Shown: positions 25,658 through 39,538, numbered from the stretch's first letter. The stretch: 64,000 nucleotides of DNA from Eledone cirrhosa (GCA_964016885.1 OZ024740.1:250914001-250978000); one strand, 5' to 3'. The notes: generated by a model from the letters alone, not told the origin. Translations and numbers: made by a program.

Positions 25658-26474
25658 CAGTTGCATTTATCTTGCTTTATGTTCATACGAGTTATCACCA
25701 AGTCACAACCAGTGACCTCAAGAGACAACAAGGTCCGCCATGTTCAAGAAAGAACATACATATTCACACATGCATCTTTAGTGTTTAGACTTGTGTACTT
25801 ATATTGACAGAATCTTCCTTAGTATATGGGCAGTTCCCATTAGTACTATCTTTTGTATTTCTCCTATACGCGGGTTTCCTGGGATTTGCGATAAGTAATC
25901 ATTAGACCCCTTAGGTATCATTCCCAGAGCGCCTACAACCACTGGTATTGTTTTAGTTCTCAATTTCCACATTTTTCCAAATTCTATCTCCAGGTCCTTA
26001 TACTTGCTCAATTTTTCAAATGTTTTTATTGGAACAGACATATCAATTAGCAGGCATACCCTCTTTTGAAAGTCCTTTAATATTATATCAGGTCTATTTG
26101 CATCTATTTTTCGGTCTGTTTGGATGCTAAAGTTCCACAAGATTGAGATGTGATCTTTTTCAAGTATGGGAGGTGGTTGATGCTCCCACCAATTCTTTTG
26201 ATGGGGCAGGTCAAAATGCTTACACATTATCCAATGTATGTATTGTGCAGCTCTGTCATGCCTGTTTAGGTATTCGGTTGGAGCTATAGGACTGCACATT
26301 GAAATTATATGGTCAATGGTCTCTGGTTGTTTTTTGCATACACGGCATAATGGGCTGCAGCCATTTTTTATTATGTTGTCTTGGTAATTTTTTGTTGGCA
26401 GACACTGATCTTGTGCCGATATAATCTGTCCTTCAGTCTCCGATTTCAGTCCAGAGGATGCCCACCACTGATGG

Positions 26475-26478
<4 letters not shown>
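25658..26478 (-). mobile_element. 5'-truncated Dong family A
   Basis: ORF 25799-26545: CRVCKKQPETIDHIISMC, ANRPDII, KYKDL. Confidence 0.92.
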
Positions 26479-26519
<41 letters not shown>

Positions 26520-27414
26520 GTTGTTATTCCTTGAATATCAGTCATTGGTGTTGGTTAACTGGAAAGTCCGTTGGATTGAATATCAAGCCACTACCTGCAG
26601 CCTCAGATATTCAGGACGTATCGGAGGGTTCTTGCTGTTCCAAGCAAGCATGCCTTTTGAAGCGTTCCAAAAAGCGTGAAGGGGCCGATTTTCTTTAACC
26701 ATCCCTGGAAACTTTTGGAGATAGTCCCCAGTGCGCCTATGACAATCGGGATCACTTTGACTTCATGGCAGTTCCAAATCCTTTTCACCTCCCACTTTAG
26801 GTCCTGGTATCGGTTAATTTTCTCTCTCTCCTTCTCTTGCACTCTCGTGTCGAACGGGAAGGCCACATCCACAATCAGACACGATCTTTTTTCTTTGTCC
26901 ACAACCACCAGGTCAGGTCTATTGTGTTCCAGTTTTTTGTCCGTCTGTATCCTAAAATCCCATAGCACCTTCACCTGATTGTTCTCCATCACCGCCTCTG
27001 GCCTATGCTCATACCATTTCTCAGAATGTGGTAAATTGTTTACTTTGCACAGGTGCCAGTGGATCACCCTGCCCATCACATCGTGTCTCCAGCCCTTATA
27101 GTGGGTCTGGGCTAGGTGTTTACACTCGGATACAATGTGAGCCACAGTCTCCTCTCTCTCCACAGATCCTGCACAGTGGGCTAGCCTCCTCCTTGTAAAT
27201 ATGGTGCTTCAACCACTTCGTTTTGAGGGCCTGCTCCTGCGCAGCCATTAGCATTCCTTCTGTAGCCTTTTTGAGGTCTCCTCTTCTCAACCAGTTCCAT
27301 GTCTGTGGATCTCTAAATTCAGTTTTCTCAAAGAAGGTACTATGAAGGGATTTTCCCTTAAGGCTGCTCTTCCTCCTTGATGTTATTTCCTCCTTGGACA
27401 TCCCCTGGCCTATT
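26520..27414 (-). mobile_element. 5'-truncated Dong family B
   Basis: CRIC..ETVAHIVSEC, RHD, HNRPDLVV, RYQDL, PIVIGALG; flanked by (ATT)n. Confidence 0.92.
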
Positions 27415-27453
27415 ATTATTATTATTATTATTATTAATATTATTATTATTATT

Positions 27454-30400
27454 GTTATTGTTATTCCTTGAATCTCAGTCATTGATGTTGGTTAACTGGA
27501 AAGTCCGTTGGATTGAATATCAAGCCACTACCTGCAGCCTCAGATATTCAGGACGTATCGGAGGGTTCTTGCTGTTCCCAGCAAGCATGCCTTTTGAAGC
27601 GTTCCAAAAAGCCTGAAGGGCCAATTTTTTTTAACCATCCCTGGAAACTTTTTGAGATAGTCATTGTGTGCCTATGACAATCGGGATCACTTTGACTTCA
27701 TGGCAGTTCCAAATCCTTTTTACCTCCCACTTTAAGTCCTGGTATCGGTTAATTTTCTCCCTCTCCTTCTCTTGCATCGTGTCGAATGGGCAGGCCACAT
27801 CCACAATCAGGCACGATCTTTTTTTCTTTGTCCACAACCACCAGGTCAGGTCTATTGTGTTCCAGTTTTTTGTCCGTCTGTATCCTAAAATCCCACAGCA
27901 CCTTCACCTGATCGTTTTCTATCACCGCCTCTGGCTTATGCTCATACCACTTCTCAGAATGTGGTAAATTGTTTACTTTGCATAGGTGCCAGTGGATCAT
28001 CCTGCCCATCACATCATGTCTCCAGCCCTTATAGTGAGTCTGGGCTAGGTGTTTACACTCGGATACAATGTGAGCCACAGTCTCCTCTCTCTCTCTCTCC
28101 ACAGATCCTGCACAGTGGGCTAGTCTCATCCTTGTAAATATGGTGTTTCAACCACTTCGTTTTGAGGGCCTGCTCCTGCGCAGCCATTAACATTCCTTCT
28201 GTAGCCTTTTTAAGGTCTCCTCTTTTCAACCAGTTCCATGTCTGTGGATCTCTAAATTCAGTTTTCTCAAAGAAGGTACTATGAAGGGATTTTTCCTGAA
28301 GGTTGCTCTTTCTCCTTGATGTTATTTCCTCCTTGGACATCCCCTGGCCTATTGTCCCCTCCTTCAGTACAGTTCTGAGCATTGGCTCCTTACTATCAGT
28401 CACGTATTTGTGTAGGTTGTTTTTCTCCATCTGAACACAGTCCTCTATGCTGATAAGACCTCTTCCACCTTCAGATCTCCTTAAGTAGAGTCTATCGACA
28501 TCACTCCTCTTGTGGAACATGTTGTAGATAGTCAATAGCTTCCTAGTCTTCCTATCCATTTCTTTTTGTTCAGCAACATTCCATCTCAGATTTCCCGCAC
28601 TGTACCTAATAATAGACACAGCTCGGGAATTTACTGCACTTATGGCATTCCTACTGTTCAGATGTGACTTTAATAAGCTCCTTACTCTCCGAATGTATTC
28701 AGTTCTTATCAATTCCTTCATTTTTTTGTTCTTGATGTCATCAGCCTCCAGAACGCCCAAATACTTGTATCCTTCTTCAGAGTCAATTTCCTTTATCATC
28801 TAACCTGTTGGTACCTGGATTCCGTTACGCTCAACTTACCCCTCTTCATCACAATGACTCCACACTTACTAATACCAAATTGCATACATATATCATTGCT
28901 GAAAATACGGACAGTGTCGACAAGCACATCCAACTCCTTCTCACTCTTCCCGAAGAGCTTAAGATCGTCCATGAAGAGGAGGTGATTGATGGTAAGCCCT
29001 CCCTTTCCCAACCTGTATCCTGCTCTCACTTTTCGCAGTACACTTGTCAGGGGCATCAGGGCAAGGACAAACAACAGAGGGGACAGACTATCTCCCTGGA
29101 AGATACCTCTCTTGATCTTCACGCTTCCCAAGGATTCTCCAGTTGATGTTAACTCTGTTTCCCAGGACTTCATACTTTTGCCCAACAACTGTCTGATGTT
29201 ATCTGCCACCTTGACGATCTCCAGGCTTTTGGTGATCCAAGAATGAGGCACCATGTCAAATGCCTTTTTGTAGTCTATCCATCCCATGGCAAGACCAGTG
29301 TGTCTCCTCTTGCAATTCCTGATTACCATCTTATCAATAAGTAACTGGTCCTTTGTACCACGTGATTTCTTTCGGCATCCTTTCTGTTCGTCCGGTAACA
29401 AGTTGTTTGTGTGGAGGTGATGGTAGATTTCCTCAGACATAATGCTTGTCAACAGTTTCCACATTACGGACAGACATGTGATAGGTCTATAGTTGGTAAC
29501 ATCATTACCCTTGATTCGGTCTTTCATTATCAGAACTGTGGTACCTTTTGTCAACCACTCTGGTACCTCACCTGACATCAAGCAGTCATTGAACATGGTT
29601 GTCAGTTTCGGGTGGAGGGATGTTATATTTTTAATCCAATACCCCTGCACACCATCTGGGCCTGGTGATTTCCAGTTGGTTATTTTTTTGGCCTGCCCCT
29701 TAAGAGTTTCAACTGTGATACTCAAATCAGTTTGTTGGTGTGCCTGTTCACTAATCTCCTTCTGTACTGTCTCAATCCACACTGCCTGGTCATTATGTTT
29801 AACATCCTGATCCCATATTCCTCTCCAGAATGTTTTAGTTTGTTCCGCCTCAGGGATCAAGTCGTTGCCTCTTTCTTTCCCTTCAAGCTGTCCAAACAGC
29901 ATCTTCTGGTTGTTGTCAAACATGCGGTTCTGTCTATACTGACTGACTCTGTTCTCGTATCGCCTGATTTTTGCACTCTTTGCTACAATGCGTTGCTTCA
30001 GTTCCTCTATGATAATATTTAGTTCCTCCTAGTTTTGTACTTTATTTCCAGTCTATTTTTAGTGTCTATGTTTTTTAGTGTCCCATTCAGTAGGGACTCA
30101 AGCTTTCCAATGTCATTTCTCATTTCTTTGATTTGACCACTCAGTCGTTTCTTCCACCAAGGCTCTGATCTTTCTTGTCTGTTGTTTCCTCTCGCTTTTA
30201 TACCAAGTAGTTTCCTCATCGTATTTGCTGTTGCTTTGAGGATATTTTTGCACTGGTGAAGGCTCCTCGCCTTAAGGTATGGGATAACTTTGTTTACCTT
30301 AGCTGTTGTTTCTTTTAACTTTTTCCTGTCTACAAATCTTAGGTTCTCCCACTATCATTGTTCAATTCATCTACCACTAAGTTTAGGATATCAACCAAAT

Positions 30401-31165
30401 CTTGTCCTAGCCCGTCAGCAATCATCTCCTCAGTGGCCGTATCTCTGTTCCAGGTATTATTTATCTCAGCATTCAGATCATTGTCTGCTTCGGGTGGTTC
30501 CTCCGTTCTCTCGACCTCTTCACCTTCATTTATCCACTGGCTCGTTTGCCTGGCATACTCCACTCTCCATCTCCAAGCTAATCTCTCTGCTCAGTTCCTC
30601 CAGTTCCAGCTCGCTTATCCACCCATTAGTTCTTATTACCCGAGCCTGCCGGGCCAATTTTTGTTCATCTAATTTAAATAGACCGATCTCGTTCCAGATG
30701 TTATGCATCCGTTTCCTATAGCCTTTCTCCTTGGGGTTACTCTTCAGGTAACATTGCATAACAGTTCTATTCAATTCTTTCGTCCAGTTGGTTCTGGTCC
30801 CTTTCCTTCTTCTTCTTCTTTCTCCAACACCAGCAGTATTTGGTTGACAGCCAGGTCCCTGTTGCTGAGCCAGGGAGCACCTGTTGGGTGAGAGTCTGTC
30901 ACATGACATTCTAGTCTCCATTTAACCGTCATTCGAACTGTTTAGGTTCGAGATTTAAACACTCTTATCGAGGATTGGCGAATGTATGGTTACATAACCA
31001 CCGGTGATTTCCTCACCTCCGGTGGTTTCGTCACTCCACGTGATTTTTGTGTGGCATTATCACGCTGTAGACGAACATAAATAAACAAACAAACAAACAG
31101 GCAAAAAAAAAACCAAAAATGAATAAGCATAAGTTTCATTGTAATGTAGTGTTTGAATGTCTGAC
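27454..31165 (-). mobile_element. Full-length Dong/R4-like family B (ORF about 30921 to 27540, frameshifted)
   Basis: NWTKELNRTVMQCY (Myb-like), KSPGPDG, YRPITCL, GIFQGDSLSP, FMDDLK, YKYLG, CCHC, RPD. Confidence 0.92.
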
Positions 31166-31186
31166 TTATTATTATTGTTATTATTA

Positions 31187-31868
31187 CAGTTGCATTTATC
31201 TTGCTTTATGTTCATACGAGTTATCACCAAGTCACAACCAGTGACCTCAAGAGACAACAAGGTCCGCCATGTTCAAGAAAGAACATACATATTCACACAT
31301 GCATCTTTAGTGTTTAGACTTGTGATGTACAGAATCTTCCTTAGTATATGGGCAGTTCCCATTAGTACTATCTTTTGTATTTCTCCTATACGCGGGTTTC
31401 CTGGGATTTGCGATAAGTAGTCATTAGACCCCTTAGGTATCATTCCCAGAGCGCCTACAACCACTGGTACTGTTTTAGTTCTCAATTTCCACATTTTTCC
31501 AATTTCTATCTCCAGGTCCTTATACTTGCTCAATTTTTCAAATGTTTTTATAGATACATTCTTGTCTATTGGAACAGACATATCAATTAGCAGGCATACC
31601 CTCTTTTTAAAGTCCTTCAATATTATATCAGGTCTATTTGCATCTATTTTTCGGTCTGTTTGGATGCTAAAGTTCCACAAGATTGAGATGTGATCTTTTT
31701 CAAGTATGGGAGGTGGTTGATGCTCCCACCAATTCTTTTGATGGGGCAGGTCAAAATGCTTACACATTATCCAATGTATGTATTGTGCAGCTCTATCATG
31801 CCTGTTTAGGTATTCGGTTGGAGCTATAGGACTGCACATTGAAATTATTGGTCAATGGTCTCTGGTTG

Positions 31869-31875
<7 letters not shown>
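31187..31875 (-). mobile_element. 5'-truncated Dong family A
   Basis: ORF 31273-31839 encodes the RLE domain; same 3' UTR; (ATT)n on both sides. Confidence 0.92.
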
Positions 31876-31930
<55 letters not shown>

Positions 31931-31931
<1 letters not shown>

Positions 31932-34900
31932 TTATTTACTGGACGCACATGTATGAAGACGTACAAGTCTGCCGGGGGAAAGGTTCGTAACTTTAAGCTG
32001 TTTTAAAGTATCATTTTTTTAATTTTCTTGTTGTTAACGAAGCATAATTGGATTGTTGTCATAATGTGGCATAATGTACGCACCTTGGTTCCAAGGAAGG
32101 GAGACCTCTCAATATTCGGGCTTTAAGCCCAAATATTCAGATTTATTTTTAAAAACTTCGAAAAAATCGCTTCCCCACCAAAAAATAAAAAATAAATGGA
32201 ATGTTTCCACCTTGAAACGGTAAACAACGTTCAGGTCAAAAGTTCAAAAACAGCCACTGTAGATCTCACCACAACTACTACAGACATGCCTGTCGACCAT
32301 TCCACTGAATGTGAAGGCAAAACACAAAAGTTACCATCACAACCGCTCCCTTCTGTGATAGTAGCAGTATCATCTCAAAACGACATCACCACCATCACCC
32401 CCGCCACCACCACAACAACAACGACAATAACACCGACAGCCTCAATGTAAATACTGATGGCGGTGGAAACAGCAACAACAAACAAAACACAAACAACAAC
32501 AGCAAGAACGACAACACCAACAACAAGAGCAACAGAGGCACCACCTTTGCAGCGGCAGCAGCGAAAACAAAGCGCTTATTCAATGTTGATATTAACGATA
32601 AGGAACAACAGTTGGCCAAGGCGTGGAGGTTAATTAAACGGAAGAAGTCCTGGGCAAACCTGACCATCCCGGACGGGGCAATAGCGGCGATGCAAAGGAG
32701 GACGGTGTACTTTCGATGCATTGCAGTGCAGACACGCAAAGTGGAACTTGCCAGCCAAGCAGATGTCGAGGCTGCTTTGAAGTGCATCGGAAGTGACATA
32801 GAGTATAAAGCAAGGGCCAAGCAGTTCGGTACCATCTCGGTACTGTTCAAAACCGAGGCCCTTGCTATTAAGCACTCGGTGACCCCTGTAGAACGGAACG
32901 CATTATCATCCACCCGTCCTACATGGGCAAAAGGACAGTAAAGGTCCGAATTCCCAGGATCCCACCAGGAATGAACATATGGTGGCTCCTGGGATGCGTA
33001 ATCGGGAGGGGACAGACACTACCCTCCTAGATATCAAAAGGACAGAGAGAGAAGACTGGTACGGAATGGATTTGGAGATTTCTCTCCAAATGAAACCAGA
33101 GGACATCAACAACATACCGGATTTTGCCCGCCTGCAGGACGGGACAACAATCCAATTAATCGCTGAGGGAAGAAGGCCCCACTGCTTCGTCTGCGGGGAA
33201 GCAACGCATCTGCGAGCCTTCTGCCCTCAGCTCAAAAATGCAGGGGGTCGCAAACCTCCTTTGATGCCAACACCACTGTCAGCACGGAAACTGCACCACC
33301 ACCACCAAAAGCAACACCAACAATGACACGTCAAAAACAGTCGGACCACCACCAGCATCGAAACCAATCCAAGAGGAAAACGAGGAAAGCTCTACCACCC
33401 CCTACCCCTCCAATTATACACATAGACAAAACAATAAATGCACACACAGACACAGATACACTCACAGCCACAGACCCTTTGTCTTTCAGCAGTGAAGATG
33501 AAGGAAAACCCAAAAGTGCCAAAAAACAAAAGAGAACACTCACCAAAAAAACCCTAACAAAACACAAAAACATACACAACAAAAATTACAGACACCACTA
33601 ACGCCCCCCCCCCCCCCCAACATCAACATCAACACCACCCCCACAATCCCCGAAACGCAAACAACCTAAACAAACACAAGAAGAAATAAACACACAGACC
33701 TGAAATTGCAGACACCACACCTACAACAAACACAGACATACCCGAAACAACACCACCAAAACCATCACCACCACAGTCACCAAAACGAAAACAAATAAAA
33801 CCACACCAACAAAACATTAAAAACTTCGTGCTTGTCAGAAGGGCCAACGATAAATTGGTGGTCCTCTTAGCACGAAGCGAGGACATCCAACAGAGGGGGA
33901 GATCTTTGAATTGAATACATTTTGCGTGCCAGAAGATTTGCTTCTGGTGCGAATGTCACTCAATTCCTACAAAGAAATTCGAGAGAGCTTTCCTCAAGAC
34001 GTGGGAACCCCGAACGTGAAACCCACATCAAAACTTTTAAAGGGGTTCCCAAAAGAAACCCCACCAACCATGGAGGTCGAACCACCCGACCTTCACAAGA
34101 CCCCGGGAGGTAAGTAAACCTTCCCTCTCTCTTTTAGCTTGCCAACATGGCCATATTAAGAGTAGGAAGTTTAAATGTTCGCGGCTTGGGGTCCCCTGGA
34201 AGCAGGGTGGCCTGCTCAACGATCTCAGGTCTCTGGAAATAGATGTGATTGCCGTCAGCGAGACCATAATTTCTGACACGAGCGCACTAGCCCCCATTTT
34301 CGACGACTATCAGATCTTCGCATCTGTTAGCAGGCCGGGAATGGGAGGTGGGGTGGCAGTGCTGTTTAGGAAAGGTCTGCATCTCGAGGTAAGGTCGATT
34401 TTCCGGGACCCGGGCGGTAAGTTGGTGGTCCTGGATGTGAGCTGTAGTGAAGGTGGTGCCTTTAGACTGGTGGTCGTCTACGCCCCTACTGGGGCCGGAC
34501 GACCGGACTTCTTTAGGCGCCTGGAAACCTTTCTGGGTACGTCTCGCCCTCTACTGTTAGCGGGAGACTGGATTGGCATCTTAGACGCACGCTGGGATTG
34601 TGTGGGAGTAGCTGATAGGAGCAGAGGAGGGGGGTACAAAAGCCTCAAACACCTAATCAGCCAGTTCCAACTGTTTGACAGGTTTCGACTAGATTTCCCC
34701 CAATGCGCCAGTGTGAACGTGGACCAACCTCATAGGGTCATCTAGATCGTATATAGACAGGATCTTCATTAGGAAAATAGATAGAAATAGTTTAGGCTGC
34801 CCACATTTTTAAAATGGTCGCCTATTCAGATCACAAATTTGTGATCTGTATAGTCGACCTAGATAAAACGCGTAGGTTGGGATCTGGTTACTGCAAGCTG

Positions 34901-37662
34901 AACATTTCATTTCCGGCACGTAAGGCTTACAGGGACCGGATCAACAATTTAGTTAAGCAAAAGTTGACAGGGGGGAATCATCAACAACAGATGGTGGGGG
35001 ACTCTCAAAAGAGAGATTAGAGTAATGTCGATAGGGTTTAGCAAAGAAGTAGCGTTAGAGAAAAATAGAAAGGAGGGGGAGCTGGTAGATAAGTTAGACG
35101 AGGCTATTTGTAGTGGCATTGCAACTGACGTGCTAGCGGCGAGAATGGCATTAGACCATTTCTTCAATGCGAAACACGAAGGTTGCATTGTCAGAGCTAA
35201 GGCGCGTTGGCTGAGAAACGAGAGAACCAAAGCCGTTCGATGGGCCCGCGTGGCGGACGCACAATTCGGGCTTTGGTGGACCGAGACGGACACGAGATAA
35301 GCGATTCCAAGCGGATGTGTGAGGCCTTTCGCCAGCACTTTGCTCAATTGTTCGGGGAGTGTGGCGAGTCATAGAGAGTAGTGGATTTCAGTCCCTACAT
35401 TGACGGCTTGCCGCGCATCTCGACGGTCGACACTGAGCACTGCGAAAGGCCGATTACTTCAGCCGAAATTCAGGACGCCCTTGTCGGCTGCATGAGGCGC
35501 AAGTCACCCGGTTTGGATGGCCTGCCCTATGAGCTTTACGTAAATATGCCAGACATGTTCTCCGATCTCCTCGAAGCACTCTACTGCAACTAGCAGCCGA
35601 ATGGGAGTATTCCCAGTTCAACACAGAGTTTAAGATTTTGGCCAAGGTGTTAGCAAAGAGATTGGCGCTTGTCGTCGAGGATTTGGTTGGGGAGGCACAA
35701 ACTTGTGCAATCCCAGCCAGGTCCACACACGACAATCTCCACCTCATGCGATACATCATAGAGAGGGTAGGGTGTAAACCTGGCTTCAGTGGGGCACTGA
35801 TCAATTTAGATCAATCGAAAGCATTCAATAGGGTCGACCATTGGTATCTGGAGTTTGTCCTCAAAACAGCTGGCTTCGGCTCTATCTTCAGAAGCTGGAT
35901 CGCTGCAATGCACAGCGGCACACGCTCGATGGTCAAGGTTAATGGACACCCCTCGGAACCATTTCGGCTCTCCTTATCGGTCCGTCAAGGGTGCCCTCTC
36001 TCTTCCCGTCTGTACGTATTGACTCTCGAGCCTTTACTGCAGAAGCTGGAGCTGTTGCAGGCATCCCACTCGAACCGGGACGTGGAAAGGCAGTGTCGGC
36101 TTATACGGACGATATCACCGTGATATTGAGGTGGTCGGCACCTTATTGAAGGAATATGAAAGGTTGACAGGATCCAAACTTAACCCGGAAAAGTCGGTGG
36201 GCTTACAGCTCGGAACCTGGAGGGGTAAGCCTATTCCGTCCAACAGCGTCGTGGGGCGCTGGACGGATGGACCGGTAAAGTTCCTCGGGGTTTGGTTCGG
36301 ACCAGACCTCCAGATGGAAAAGAATTGGGACGAGGTAACGAGCAGAGTAGCCAGTCTCACCCAAAATATCGGCTGGAAGGAAGATATCAGTGAAAGGTCG
36401 CGCGGAGGTGGCGAATGCGTATATCGCCTCCGTCATCTACTACCGCCTGACCATCGTGCCTTTGGAACGGCTCCTCTTCAAATCTTGTGGAAAGGACAAG
36501 TTCCGTTGGTGAGGCGGTCCATCTGCTGCCAGCACCCTCTACGCGGAGGGCTGGTCATGCCTTGGCTAATGATGCGCAGACATGCGCTGAGGCTGCGACA
36601 TCTCCAGATATTCTGCCTAAACGGTGAACAGGTGTGGTCACCGTTTAGGCACCGTTTATCAGACGGGCCTTTCCGCAGCTCGTTTCTTTGATTGAGCTGC
36701 AGTCCTGGTTCAAGAAGAGACCGAGACTGGGTGACTGGCACCTGGAATGTTGCCAGGAACTCACTGCCCTCTACCAAGCGGGCAATGCGATCAGTGGAAC
36801 TTCCACTCTCGAGTTCTATAGAGAATTAGTGGTGGGCAAGTGCGATGACGCACTTGTAGAAGCTCTGGGTCTCGACGAAGTCGAACCGACTAGTCTGTAC
36901 CGGAGGACTTTCGAGCCGGGGATGATGGACAATTTCCAGAAATCCCTCGCTTGCCAGTGCTACCGGGGGCACTGCCGGTTCGGGATAAACTCTACAGGCA
37001 CAGACAGACCTGCCCAAGATGCGCACAGAGCGACGAAACCGTTCTGCATGCACTTGTCCATTGTCCATGCATTACTGACTTGTGGAGTTATGTCGAACAG
37101 CTACTGTCGCGTGTAGAACGGATCCGGCTATCGGCCGAGTCCATGGTGAAGATCGACCCGCCGCCTTCCTTAGGTCAGGAAGAGCAGGCAATTTTCCTCT
37201 GTCTGGTGGCCGTTGCGAAAGAAGTTATATGGCGGACCAGATTAAAAGCACTGAAGACAGACACTTTTCTCTTTGGCCAATCCCTCATCAACTTCTTCAA
37301 GTTTCACCTGGAAAGGAGGGTGAGGGTGGAGAGAGAAGTGCCCCCCCCCCCCCCCAGTACATTTTCTAAAAGGTGGATGAATGAAGCGAGAATGGCTTGT
37401 GTGAATGGGCCTACTCTGGCCATGCGCCTATAGGCTAGCTAACTTGAGGAGGAGGGATGCTCTCCCTGGGTGCCCTAGAAGTGCAGGGTGGTTCAGGATT
37501 GGTGGGGTACCTGAGTCACCCCTGGGTCGCCCACCCCTTATAGGAGAGTTTATTTTGTTATATTTATGTATAGTTTATTTTATATTTTTATATCTTCATT
37601 GTTAAATTAATCTTGCCATTGGGCACTTTTACTCGACCTTATTGTAAACCCCCACTGTCCCT
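31931..37662 (+). mobile_element. Tx1 family 2, near full-length and decayed (ORF1 about 32196-34117, ORF2 34147-37433)
   Basis: RRPHCFVCGEATHLRAFCP knuckle; APE (AVSET, GDW, SDHK), RT (RQGCPLS), CPRCAQSDETVLHALVHC; homologous to but clearly diverged from family 1. Confidence 0.9.
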
Positions 37663-37663
37663 G

Positions 37664-37768
37664 CCGCCGAGGTTGACTTTGCCTTTCATCCTTACAGGGT
37701 CGATAAAATAAAGTACCAGTAATGCACTGGGTAATTGCTGGCCTTGTGCCTAAAGTAGAAACAATTAT
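37664..37768 (+). mobile_element. 5'-truncated tRNA-derived SINE with Meta-like core, ending in (ATT)n
   Basis: gcctttcatcctt..gggtcgataaa..aagtaccagt core; matches 40306-40412 (-) and 57333-57537. Confidence 0.8.
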
Positions 37769-37783
37769 TATTATTATTACTAC

Positions 37784-37787
<4 letters not shown>

Positions 37788-37853
<66 letters not shown>
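37788..37853. repeat. (TA)n microsatellite
   Basis: Seen directly. Confidence 0.98.
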
Positions 37854-37857
<4 letters not shown>

Positions 37858-37945
37858 CGACGGCCTATGCCTCCGTTAATTTATCGATATATAACTATGT
37901 TTTTCTTTATGTTGGCATAGCAAAAAATATTCTACTGGGAGAGAT

Positions 37946-38930
37946 GTCATCATCATCATCATCATCATCACCGTTTTACGTCCGTTCTTCCACGCTAGCA
38001 TGGGTTAGACGGGTTGCCCTGTTGTGGGCAGTGTCTGGTCGGCTGACCATGCCTTGCTCATACAGGAACTGATTTGGCTTGATTTCTACAGCTGGATGCC
38101 CTTCCTAACACCAACCTCATTTACCGTGAGTGCTGGGTGCTTTTTCGTGGCGCCTACACGTCCACTTTACAGTGTGGGCTGGGTGCTCTTTTGCCGTGGC
38201 ACCTCTACGACCACCTTGCAGTGGGGGTGTGGGGGCATATTGTCTATATGCTTCAGCTTGTACCCATGGGAGGTTGGGTACTCTGTATTACTGCGTGACG
38301 CCAGAGGTCACGGTCGTGTGTCATCGCCTTTGAGAGGTGTAATTGGGTAAGGTCGGCTTTTATCACCTCATCCCAGGTCATCTTGGGTCTCCCCACTCTG
38401 CGGTTTCCATCGACTTCTAGTGCTCTGCACCTTTTTATGCAGCTGTCATCCTTCATACGCATCACATGTCCATACCAACGCAACCGCCACTCCTGCATAC
38501 AGCATTTGATTCCTCTGATGCTCAGTCTCTCTCTCAATTCGTTTATGCTTTGTCGTTCGCGTATATTACTATTACACATCCATCGGAACATGCAGGCTTC
38601 GTTTCTCTCTAATCTACGCAAGTCTTCCACCTTCAGCGCCCAGGTCTCACTACCATGCAACATCGCTGTTCGGATACACGCATCATACAGTCTGCTTTTC
38701 ATTTTGAGGGAGAAGCCTTTTACAGCTAGCAGTGGTAGTAGTTCCCTAAACTTCTTCCATCCCGTTCTTACCCTAGTTATTGTACTTTCTGAACACCCAC
38801 CTCCGCTGCTAATTCGGTCACCTAAGTAGCAGAAGCTGTCTACTGTTTCTACAGAGTCCTCCCAGAGATTGGTGGTACTTATTTCCTGTGGCTGTTTGCT
38901 GCTTGCTGTCCCAGTACAGCTGCTGCATGT
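37946..38930 (-). mobile_element. 5'-truncated RTE-clade LINE with (GAT)n tail
   Basis: LHGSETW, RLRWYGHV, GRPKMTW; reverse complement of 45495-46374. Confidence 0.9.
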
Positions 38931-39538
38931 AGAAAAATAAACACATCTTCACTGTAACAGATATCCCAACTGCTAGAACATTATTTGCAATTAAGTCTGT
39001 TATCAATTTTCACTGAAGTAATTCATATTTTACCACTGACTAATTAATCCAACTCTCTTCCTCTGTTGAGTGTTCCAGCAGCTGACTGGGATAAGTCAAT
39101 AAAGTGGTTGCATGATAGTTTTCCAGCTGAATAATTCTGGTTTATGTCTCCTCATAGAACAAATGGTTTTCTATACAAACCACTTAGTTCTTGATTAACT
39201 ACAACTTGTTCTATTTTTTTTTATCTATTCAGGGAGGAAAGGACAATGACCCTCTATTTTTTCAGGGCCTCCAAAAGTGGTAAGAGGCAGGAGAAAGGAA
39301 AACTTGGCCTGAATGTTCGCTGGAAAGTGGACTACACTAAGTGTATCAGATGGTGGTATTAAACTGAGGGACCACTCAAATAGGCTTTGAACTCAGAATG
39401 CAATGCTAAGAAGGAGAGTGAGGAGGTGGGGTGGTCTTGACCTGCTAGAAATAGCAGTTAAAACTCCCTAAAGCAACATTCTCATGTTTTAATAAAAGGA
39501 TATGTTGGATAATGTGCTCTTATATACACATTTAATAA

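Noticed and set aside
30990-31040. Hammerhead in the Dong-B leader (CGAAAC-stem-GUU on the minus strand)
   Set aside because: No CUGANGA core, and GACGAA pairs within another helix.
1-37790. CRISPR, retron or other prokaryotic RT system
   Set aside because: The RTs are eukaryotic non-LTR types with APE or RLE domains; there is no repeat-spacer array or operon structure.
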